Assembly (NCBI GenBank): GCA_002269645.1
Contig: NIVC01001860.1
Location: forward strand, 1 to 64,000
DNA from: Macrostomum lignano
Taxonomy: Eukaryota
Length of the DNA: 64,000 nucleotides
Reading direction: 5' to 3'
In this document: piece after piece, positions 53,187-64,000 of the stretch
Layout: each line of letters opens with the position of its first letter
Position numbering within the stretch: position 1 is the first letter of the stretch
Position numbers and translations under genes: made by a program
The notes under the pieces: model-generated
Databases searched by the model: none
What the model saw: the letters and a program-made list of their open reading frames with translations, nothing else
Told to the model about the DNA's origin: nothing

Positions 53187-56100
53187 TCACTCGATCTTTT
53201 CGCCCATTGGAAGAAGGGACCAATCGACCTTGGTGCGTAGCATCAGATTCTGGTTACTTTGTCGTCCAAGCATTCGCTCATTGCGCATCACACCATAGTA
53301 AGATTCGGCTATGGCCTCACTCCCACCAGTATTAACTGCGACATCAATTATTGTGCAGACAGCCTGGCCAGCAGCAGAAAATACTTCAGGTACCAAATAG
53401 ATCATGCGAATCAGCTTCTGCTCATCCAGAGTGCATTTTTGAAAATTGCCTTCATTGGTCTTCACATGGAATAGAGGCCGAATTGTAAATGGCGAATCAG
53501 GATGCTTCTCTGTCCGTAGGGACAAGAGAACTCTGCCTTTCACTGGCACAGGCTCTCGATGGTGGCAACCAGTCTTGGGCATGTTTTCTGACTGCGCAGC
53601 AGCTGCTTGCATAAAGCACGATATACCATATGAAGCTAGTTGGCCCCAAAACAGCTGCTCAAATAGGGCCTATTTAAAAATTCAAAGAGTATAAAAATAA
53701 AAAATTAGGGCAATAGGGTAGAATTGCGCTATAGTTATAAGTAAAACAAAATTCTGATTAAGAGAATTATACAACTTACCTTGAACTTTAAATGCACAAC
53801 TCCATGTATGCCCATGATGAGATCAGAGTCTTTACTCTCAGCACTTTTAATGTGTGGAAGAGAAACGACAAATTCAAAGAAACGTTTAAACTCTGCTTCA
53901 CCAGCTACCATAAATGCATGAAAATCAAAACAGTGATTCACATCTTGATTTTGAGCATCCATTGTTCCAGAGCGTGATCCACACAACAAAATAGCAAGCT
54001 TCTCAAAGTCAATGAATCGTGAAAGGGTAATTAAACACGGCGAAATGCCCTTTTCCAGCCATGAAGCGATGCTTGCCTTTAGAGCAGATAAAACGGCTTC
54101 AGCTTCATCCACAGACTCGTCAAGGCTTTGCTCCCTCCAGTTATAGACTAGTTGTTTTCTTCCGGGTCTTCCCTTAGCCTTGGGCTTGTCAGTGTCTTTG
54201 GCTACTTCATGGTCAGTTAAATGCCACCCTTCAAGTAGACGCGTGCCCTTAAACTGGAAGGCTTGGAGGTCCTGAAGATGTTTATCCAAAAGTGGCTTCT
54301 TTGTCTGCCATTGGTCCAGGCACCTCTGAAGACGTTCGCCCCAAAGCACAATTTTCCAGTGCTGGAACTGGAGGCTCTGTGACAGCTGTATAACCTAATT
54401 AAGATATAAATGCGCATAAATAGTTTTTCAATAAAACGGATGTGTATGCATATACATGTATACATCAGCTAATTACTTGAAATAATAAGTGATTAGAAAT
54501 ACAATTATGACACAGCTACATGTACTTATAGCAACTACATCTCTAAATATGTCCAAAAGACAGAGCAGGTCGGAAATGAAGTCCACACCAAGAATCAGAT
54601 ACTGAAAAGGGAAGTTTTCATCCTCCTCGTATTTTCGGCGAAACATTGCAGCGTAGAGTGGGAAGGACTCCTCAATTTTGGTCTACTGCTTAATTGCAGA
54701 ACTAGTGAACTGCTGGGTAGCAAAAGGCAAAGTGACAGAAGGCTTAGATTTTATAGCTTTTGCCACTTCTGTCATGAGAGCATGCCCTTTGCCACGAGAA
54801 AGCAGCTTATGAACTTCGTTGGCTCGATCAATGAAATTCGACAAGAATTTTGCCGCGTCGTCACCAAACTTACAATCGCGGACATCAATAATTGCCAGAT
54901 TAAGTAGATGTGCCACGTCCCAGATCATGGGCTGAAATAAATGGCAGTCTCCAACACTGCTGTAGCCAGTCAAATGAAGAATTTCTTGACAAAACTGATC
55001 TGGCTGATACTGCCCATCTGCACACGTTCCACGATAGCGTGAAAATTCTGCTTTTGGCAGCTTCAATTCTTCAGAGAATGCAGTAAACATTAGCTGTGCG
55101 AGCTGCTATAGAGAGCCGCCTGTGACCGCAACTTCTTAGTCGGCGCATCTGATTCCTCACTGCTTGCTTCATCGGAGTCTACATTCAAGTCGCTGTCAGT
55201 GATGCACTCCTCAACATCATTTGTTTCGTCAACTTCAAGATGATAGACAGTCGGTGCACCAATTGCCAATGCCACATGCTTCCCTTTGTTGTTCATAACT
55301 CCAATAAGGGCCGCCTGGTTCGTACAACGCGTCAGTGTGGCCTTGTCTAAGATCCCCATGAAATGGGGCAACAGACCAGTACAATCTAGCGGTGTCATTA
55401 GCAATTGTCTATTCTCTTTGTTAATGAACTCATTAGCCGTAGCAAGCAATAGACCAAATTGCTTTCTACCATGGCCACGGTTGCTAATGTCGCAGCCTTT
55501 TAGCCGTGCAGCAGTCAGATCATCCTCGTAATGCTGAGCTGCAGCTTTAGATTTGACAGTTTTAACCATCAAACAAGCAAAGTGCTTGGCAACTTCGAGA
55601 TTGCGAGACTTCTCTTCTGCTTTATACTTAGCATCCTGGCATGCCTTAGTGTGCTGCTCTCCATCATCAGATCCTGCAGAGCCGAGTAGATGCTTTCTAA
55701 TCTTCGACTTAATTGTTCGCCAGTAGCTAGAATCTGGTGCCAAGAAGCCAAGAAGAAGTGTCTTTGTTTGAACCTTATTGCACCACAAGCCGGAACCAAA
55801 GGTGCCTGCACCATTTCTAAAACACGTGAGCACAAATATTGGTTAACTGCAGAATCAAAGAAGTTGTTCTACATGTAATATAATAAAGTGCAAAAGTTTA
55901 AAACACTCACGACTGATAGTGACGACAGACTTCGAATGCGTTCAACTTCTGAAGCCGCTTATTGTCAATATACTCCCAACAAGTTCTACACCTAATAACT
56001 GATTCGTTGGCAGTATCGTCCAAGAAAAGTTGAATATCAGATACCGAGCTGCACAAGTCGGTAATATTTCTAATTTTCATCCATTGTTCAAGGTCAGAAA

Positions 56101-56469
56101 CAATGTTGCAGGTTCTAGAAATATTTGGCTGATAAGCATCAGATTCTGTCTGATCAGACCACTTCTCTTGTATTTTGGCCATCTCATTGGCAACAAGCTT
56201 AGGCAATTCCTTTAGTAGGCTTTGGACAACAACTTTGCAAATGCTGGCTGTCTGGTCAGGTTGTGAATTTTCACATTGCAGTTCACTCCCTGGTGCTGGT
56301 GCTACTGGTGTGCAATCCGCTACAGACTCACTCGCTATCTCCACTACAGCTTCTGATACAGAAACGCGCTGTTGCTTCGTCTGGCTCTCGTCCCCTGCAG
56401 CTGGAGTTACAAGCGTCTTCCTCTTTACTGTCTTCTCCTGCCTCTGCTGAGATTTGGCTGCTTCTTTGT
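53187..56469 (-). pseudogene. Intron-containing hAT-superfamily (ZNF862-like) transposase pseudogene
   Basis: N-terminal CRTC Zn motif, ILDKAT (D), CADGQY (D), WDVAHLLNLA (CxxH-like), GSEAIAESYY (E). In-frame TAG at 54683-54685 and a frame break at about 55090. Confidence 0.7.
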
Positions 56470-57147
56470 CTAAAAAAAAAGCAAAGTCGTTGAAGTAAAA
56501 CATCTACAAAATATATAAAAGTATCAGAGTATGAAGGTATAAGACTGAAAACACTAACCCTTTCTCAACTTTCTAGCAGCTGTAGAGTTGTTTTGTACTA
56601 GTGTACAGGTTTTAGCAGTGTGTGTGTGTGTGTGCTGCTAAATGCCAATTCTTATCACTTGCCTTGCTGACCCAAAAGTAAGACTATAATGAAATTGATG
56701 TTTTTATTATTTTTGTAGGGAATATATTACTTGGAAAATAAAAATAAAATAAAAATAGAAGCAATGCTTTTGGATGCCTTGCTTCACATTGCCCCTAAAG
56801 TAAAGCTTCACCACCTCATCTAAGAACCACTTGCAGGTGTTGCTACCCTGCAAGCATCCACTTCAGCTTAGTATGGTGCTGCAGGACCTCGTTGGTTTGC
56901 TTGCTATACTTTTGCTATGAGCACATCATTATGTAAAATGATTTGGCAACAGCCTCTGTTGAGAGAATAAATTAAGTTTTTAAGTGGCACTTATTTGCTT
57001 GCAGTAAAAATATATGTACATACATGTAATTGGTTTATTAAAATGTATGTATGTATACATGTATGTATAACTACTATATTGAATAGTTGAACTTGTATAT
57101 ATAGCTGTACTGTTAATTTAAATTTGGGCTTCTCGGATCTATACCAA

Positions 57148-59339
57148 TCATGTCAAAGAAATACTCTCACCAGTACCACCACAATTAAGTGCAAAGTCAA
57201 GTAAGGCACAAGCCAATTTCCCAGTGTGACAGTACAAGGAGGTGTTGGTGTAGAAAGACTTGAGGACAGCCTCCTTGTTTAGTGCAACCTTGACAATGGA
57301 GTTGTCTTCTTTTGTAACAGCCAAGTGCATCTTGAAGTTGGCTAGAAGTCGCGGTGGGACAATATAAAGGCACCAAAAGGCACCCTTGACATGGGGTTCA
57401 AGCCAGCTGTCACACCCTTCCCCAGAATAAAGAACCTGATTGAGATTTTGGATGCCATATTACAATTAGCTAGGGGTTATTTAAAGTCTATTTTGAGAGA
57501 CATCAGTTATATATTTTAAAGTCATCATAAAGTCCAGTCAGTCTAGTTTTTTACGAGCCCTTCAATTGTATTTAATAGTTGTAGTTACATCAACAACTGA
57601 AAAATGTACAATTTAAAAAGAAAATTCAAATCATTATGACTCAATGGGCACTCCTTGGCTAGAAAAATGTTCTAACTGGTTATTGGATTTCAATATGTCA
57701 ATCGATTTTTTCATATTTTAGGCTATTTATATACAATTGACAAGGGCCAGTTCCGTGGCTTTGTCTGATACAATAGAAGAAAAACTCGCGTGCTTGATTG
57801 CATCAACAAAATTGGCCACATACTTCTGCAACAGGAATGGCTCCAAGTCTTGCATGTGCAAAAATTTGCACGCCTGCTAGACCAGCCACTCAGCAGCAAG
57901 CAAAAGACAGAAATGCTCAACATCCGCCAGAGACGTGGGAGATGCCAGCATGGTGACTGCCATTGCGACGTCTATGGATGCACAGCCCTCAAGACTGGAA
58001 TCGAGGCAGCACCCCATTTGTTCAAGGAATGCACGGTGCAAGGCCACAGTGAGCGCAACTATCTTGGCCTCCAAGTCCTGTGGACACAAATCATAATGGT
58101 ATGAAATTGCAAACAATCGTAGCAATTGTAAATTTTCTGACATTTGCGAATGGGAGTAGGCAAATTGAATAGAGGCATACTATTAGTAAGTGATCATAGA
58201 AGCATAACCTTAGTCATAAAATCAGACCCTATGCATATGCAAAGCAGGTATGGTGAATAAAAAATTCCATTGTGAAATTGGCCTGGGCCAGTACTAGTCA
58301 GAGTGTTGTTATTGATTACCAGTTACCACCAGATTAAAGCTGTGGGTCTAGGGGCACCTATTTCTGATTAGCTTGATACATGTATACTGACTCAATGGCA
58401 GTGCAGCCACAAATAATCTATGATCACAAACTTCTTGAGGAAGTCCTGGTCCAAATAAAGGTTTAGAGGTACAATGGCCAACTGAGCTACCTGCTGATCT
58501 TGAGCCTACCATACTACAGTTTGATTCGGTTGTTGCCATCCTCGCCAATTGCCCTTGACTTCTGGGTTGTCCCTTGTGGAACCAGGACCAACTGAGTTGC
58601 CAGCGTGATTTGCAGCATCTGCCCTGTGACTGGTCTCGATCAGCCACCTTTCCAGCAGTGGCATGCCATGGAAGGAATCTTCAGGGTGGATGCTGTTGGC
58701 CACATGTGCATACCACGGATAATCTTTCTTGCAGAAGACCTCACTGCAATTGTGCAGAAAGTCCGTGACCTGCTGCCACATTGTAGCCACCTTCCAGTGT
58801 GGTAGCTGGGTGTCTTGTGCAGGGGACAATGTTTGTGAACTAGCATTACATGTAAATGCTATTTAACATGGTGAGATTAAGTGTTGTGCACACATGAAGT
58901 GTATACTTCTCATCACAAACCCAATTCATACACTTTTGGATCACATAGCAGTAACTATGCTATAGTAGAGTTAGCTACTATTTTAGACAATAGTTATGTC
59001 TCTTACTGTAAATACAGTGTTACAAGCTTTCACATAAGAGCTAATTGAGATGGCACACTCAGGCACAGTGCAATTAAGTAGACAAAGAACAAAAATCACA
59101 ATACAATCAAGCAAATACAAACCTTGGGCAAGTGACATCAAAGCACAAATTGGCTCTACAAGGTCAAGCAGGCACAGTAGGTCAAAAACAAAGTCGCTTC
59201 CAAAAAGCTCGTACTGAAGCAGCGTATTGTCTAAGCAGTTGAACCCTTTTGAAATGAAAGCATCATAGAGCTTGGCATATGCTTCCTTGGTAGCTTTCCA
59301 CTGGTAACTAGACACAGTGCGCGCTGTGCCCTCTGACAT
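57148..59339 (-). pseudogene. Second, diverged and fragmented hAT-like transposase remnant
   Basis: SSYQWKA...QYELFGSDFVFDLLCLLD parallels QYLILGVDFISDLLCLLD in the first copy. LLDFALNCGG parallels IIDVAVNTGG. Confidence 0.55.
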
Positions 59340-62319
59340 GGCCTTAAATGAGTGTGGATAATTGTGCAGAAGGCCCTTCTATACAAAAGTTTAAGCAGAC
59401 ATTAAAATTGTATTTATTTACATTAGTTAGGGCCTATTTTATTTCATAAATAATTTATAAATTTACTACACATTTATAAATTTTAACAAAGCAAATATTG
59501 AACCCTTCCATTTCCATGGCAGTATATTAGGCCTTAAAGTTATTAATGTGGCCTTTGCCATAAAAAAATTCAACATATATAAGGCCATGGATCCTAATGT
59601 ACATAGACAGAGAAAGACCTAAAGTATGCCATTGGCATAGGCCATAGTCTGTATCATGCTGTGTGCATGCCCAAACAAAAATTCAGTGCATGTCTATTCT
59701 CAAAACTATGCCAGTGTTGCAACAATAAATGACCTTTTTTGACCTTTTTTGAATTGCATAATCAATCCTTTTTAGCAGATAATTTGGTTAATTTTTCTGC
59801 TTTTTCAGCAATACTTTTTCTAGTAAAAAATTGATACATGCAAAAAGTTGTTTAAATGCTTTATTACAAGCTTAAAAAAACCCAGAAAGCTTAAAATTTA
59901 CACTTAAAATTAAACTTTAAAAATCTTTTTTCTACTTTACAATAACTCCTCCACATGATTCTATAAAGTGCATGCTAAGTGTGCACGCAACACATATTAT
60001 TTTCTTAGGAATGATGCACGCCAACTGTGCACACCTATTTTTGGCATGCAAGGCCAATCAATACATGTCCAAATTTTTGAGCATATACTACATGATCCAG
60101 AGTGTAGGGCATAGGCCTATAACTTGGTATATAAAAGAACTTGGCATACCTTTTTTCTATATAGGTATAGCCCATAGTTTAGATTATGTATTTGTGTATG
60201 CTGGGTCCAGTGGAGAAAGAAGTATAGGACCTTGTTTGTATACTGGCCTGGGACTAGAAAAATGTTTTCACTATAAACACTAAAATTGTATGCTTTTTTT
60301 ACCAAAATCAGATCAGATCAAATCAGATCATCAGTATATATGTTGATATATATTAGAAAATGGCAAGTACCATTATTGTTTACTGGGAAATCCTGATATA
60401 CATATTGCCTTCCAAAGTATAACATACAGCTTGGCATACAAATATTGCCAAGACAGTAGATAGGACCAAATTCCAACATCTAAGTCCCAACTAATGTACA
60501 TATATAGTTAATATATAAAAATGAACAAGTTTAAATTTAGCATAGTCTCCATGTGCATAGGTGGAATAGAAGAATAAATTAAAAAATTACATATATAATA
60601 ATATAAATCTTCTTAAGAAATAAAAGTAAAAAAAATTAAATTAAATAAACTAGTTCTTTACAGTTTAATACTTTATTGACAAGTTTTTATTAACCTAATT
60701 TTGTAAAGATTAGAAAACCACAAGCATAAAATTATAGTTTGTCATTTTTTCATTTTCTTCTTAGTATATTTTTGTATGTAATAATATAAGTCCATTGGTA
60801 TGCATTGGCATATAGGAGCTAAGGAAGCAACTTTTAAATTTATTCCAATACACCAATATACAATCCTAACATTAGCATGTAGCATATAATCATGATACAT
60901 ATTAAAGTCCTTGGCCACTTGCATGTTGCATATAACTTTTTTGGTAAATCTGTTGGCTTATTTTAAACTAGATCATAATTTTTTATTTGTTATTTGTCTA
61001 TCCAAGTTGCATTTTTAAATATTTATCTCTAACTATAAAAATCAAAACTCTGTGTGTCTGTGTGTGTGTGTGTCTGTGTGTGGACAATTTTGATCGCTAT
61101 GGACTCCCAAACCACTCAACCAAATTACACCAAACTTTACACCCACCCTAAACTCACTACGGAGAATGTCTTAGGCTACCTTTTAATTTCCTAGACTCAA
61201 GTCTTCCTACCTAAAAGTACAAAAAACTGCTCAAAATGCGCGATTTTTTCATTAAATCCTCCATAGCGCCGCTCCACTTTTACCGATTCTCTTCAAATTT
61301 GACACAGATAATATCTCTTCAACTATTTTGGAACAATCATGTAAAATTTCGAGTTTCAAAGTTAATCCTGAACGGCGCTGTGCACTTTTAAAGTTAGGCT
61401 GCTTTTTTTCAGCATAGCAACCACCCCAACCTCCGCCCGCCTGCCTCTCTTTCTCGATCCCGATCTGGGCCCAGATGTGTAAAAGGGTTTCAAAATTGAC
61501 TAACTTTCAGCTGCCATAAGTTTGCTCCAAATAAAGCGATTGACTTCAAACTTGACACAATTCTTCATTGACTCATTCTCTATCTAAATGTAAAGTTTCA
61601 ACTCTGTAACTCAACAGAAAAAGAAACTGTAAGCATGTAAAGTTTGTCTGCTTTTTCTGTTGTTTGTGCCACTCACTCACTCATTCCCCCAGAGCCAGAC
61701 GAAGGGTCAGGCAATAGGACTGAATGTACATAGCGAATGTACAGTGTTTTGGAATAACTTTTTAATAGCCTTCTCTGCACCCCCAGAGTGGAGAGGCTAC
61801 GTTTAGCCATGACAGTTTAGTGAGAAATTCTAACCACTGCCCTCCCCTCTGTATTGGCAAACTCTGCAGCAGTTTAACAGTGGATGGCAATTGGCAATTG
61901 GCAAATCGAGGGAATCCACTAACCAGCATGGTTTGTAAAAGCGAAAGATTTATGAAAAGGCGATGCGATGCAATGAAATACATACAACCCTACTAAATTA
62001 GGCACACCATGGAAATTTTAGGTTTCGTTTAAAGGTACCGTGTAAATTTTAAATGGCCTTCTAAGAAATGCGTATTTCCTTGGTTGTTAGACTGATGCAG
62101 ACTGCAGTGGAGCTGAAGATACCCAAATTCCTTTCAGGGCTGCAAATTTGCAAGAAAAATGACGTGATCAAAGCATGATAACAACCATGAGAGTACTACG
62201 TCTCACAAACTGGCTTTCCAAGCAGGGATGGGCAGACTTTTACCTCAAAGGCCAGATAAAGAATCCAGCTCATGGCTGAGGGGCAGATGAGAGTGGAAAG
62301 AAGAAGGAATAGACGATTC

Positions 62320-62995
62320 GAAGAGAAGAGAAGCGAAAGAGGGGATAAAAGAAAAGATAAAAGATAATAGGAGAGATGAGGGGGTGATGACGATGAGAGA
62401 GAGGGAGAGAAGAGGGGAGAGAGGAAAAGCGAGAGTAGAGAGTAGAGATGAGAGAGCAGAGAGCTGCAGATGAGAGGAGAGAGGAGACAGCAGAGAGGAG
62501 AGCAGAGAGGAAACAGGTGAAAGAAGAGATGAGAGAGTACAGGGAAGAGAGAAGAGATAAAGATACATCTCTACATCTCTAAGGTTGTAGAGATGAGAGG
62601 TGAAAGGAGAGATGAGAGATGAGAGATAACGGATAGAGGAGAGTGGAGTGAGAGAAGAGAGGGAGACAGAGTATAGAAAAGGGAAGAGAAGAGAAAAGAA
62701 GAAAGGAGAAAGGAAAGTGAGGAGTCAAAAGAGGGGAAAGAAAAGAGTACAGAGGAGAGAGGTGAGAGAACATATAAGACAGAGATGCCAGATTAAAGAG
62801 GGGGATGAGAGAGCAGAGACGAGAGTGAACAGATAAAAGATGGGAAAGTAGAGAGAACAGAGGAGAGGTTACAGAGACGAGAGGAGAGAGGAGAGACAAA
62901 GGTAGAGAAGTGAGTGAGGAGAGGGGAGAGGAAAGGGGAGAATGGAGAGGGAAGAGAGTAGAGAGAGGAGAAGAGATAAGAGAGAAAGACAGAGA

Positions 62996-63041
<46 letters not shown>

Positions 63042-63430
63042 AGCAGAGAGAAATGAGAAGAGATAAGAGAGAAAAGATAAAAGAAGAGAAAGGAAAGATG
63101 AGAGAGCAAAGACGAGAGAGAAAAGAGGTGAGGGAAGAGACGAAAGAAGAGGGGAGAGATGAGAGAGTAGAGGAGAGAGTTAAGAGAAGAGAGAAAAGAA
63201 TAGAAAGGAGAAGGAAGATAAGAAAGAAGAGGGGGTGAGAGGAGAGAGGAGAGGGAGAGAGAGGAGAGAGAAAACGAAAAAGTAGAGAGGAGAGAGGAGA
63301 GGAGAGAGAAAAGAAGAGACAAGAGATGAGATAAGAGAGATGAAAGAGAAGAGAGATGAGGGAAGATACGAGAGAAGAGGGGAGAGAGGAGAGACGAGGG
63401 ACGAGAGAGATGAGAGGAAACAAAGAGACG
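62320..63430. repeat. GA-rich purine low-complexity tract
   Basis: Direct inspection. Confidence 0.95.
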
Positions 63431-64000
63431 ATAGAAATTTTAAAGGATCCAAGGGATGTAGGGAGAGTCAGGGAGAGACCAGAGTTTAGCAATATATGTT
63501 TTAGAGTCAGACAGACATTGCCTGACATTCTGCGCAGTACCCCAGCCAACAATGTCTCAAACCCTAATTTTACACGAATGTGCTCCATTTTATGTCTACC
63601 TCTATCCTACTAACTATTAACAGTTTTTGTTTGTGTATGGCCTTAGATTTCAGAATACATGCAAAAGTAGTTCCGGGTATTGGAATTCCCCGGGTTCAAA
63701 ATCCGCGGGTTTCAACAGCTTGTTTTCTATATTTATAGGCTTTGATATTTTGGTGAATAGGGGCCTATGTGTTTCTATTAATGATTGCTATTTAGTTAAT
63801 TGTTTATTTATAATATTTAAAAAAAATTAGAATAAAAATGAAGCAATCCTATTACAAAAATAGTATACATAAAAATATAAATATAAGCATTCTGCAGAGT
63901 TAAAAGTTGGACAATAAAAAGTAGAATTTTAACAAAGCTAAAAAATTCTATAAATTAACAATTAAAAGTCTTATAAATATAACAATCTTATACCATAAGT

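Noticed and set aside
61022-61750. Possible non-autonomous Helitron (TC start, TATAAAAA, (TG)n/TCTG tract)
   Set aside because: The 5' end is suggestive, but I could not find a 3' hairpin plus CTRR end.
62245-63613. 100-247-aa Leu/Ser or Arg/Glu ORFs
   Set aside because: Translations of a GA-rich low-complexity tract.

Overview
Animal genomic DNA with spliceosomal introns, GC3-rich host exons and very dense minisatellites. The style suggests a flatworm such as Macrostomum, but that is inference only. 1-25.7 kb holds eight exons of a classical dynamin gene. One dynamin intron contains a complete 16,846-bp Polinton/Maverick (polintovirus/adintovirus-type endogenous virus, 3330-20175) with 340-bp AGTAGT-ended TIRs and a 6-bp ACAAAA target-site duplication. 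It encodes pPolB, integrase, major and minor capsid proteins, adenain-like protease, packaging ATPase and a basic core protein. Unusually, it also encodes a TATA-binding-protein (TBP) homolog, a PC4-like protein, a DEDD-like exonuclease and a Zn-finger/low-complexity activator-like ORF, with identical TATATAAG boxes in front of three transcription units. This possible self-encoded basal transcription module is the most novel-looking feature. Downstream are an atypical two-exon class A GPCR, a CORE-SINE, an orphan membrane protein, two identical tRNA-Phe genes, a cationic amino acid transporter, an intact young Mag-like Ty3/Gypsy LTR retrotransposon, a Mutator-like TIR element carrying Ulp1 protease exons, a MITE and two degenerate hAT-like transposase genes. 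Three isolated 1-nt frameshifts in otherwise intact genes may be assembly errors. All family assignments come from motif recognition by eye; no database searches were run.
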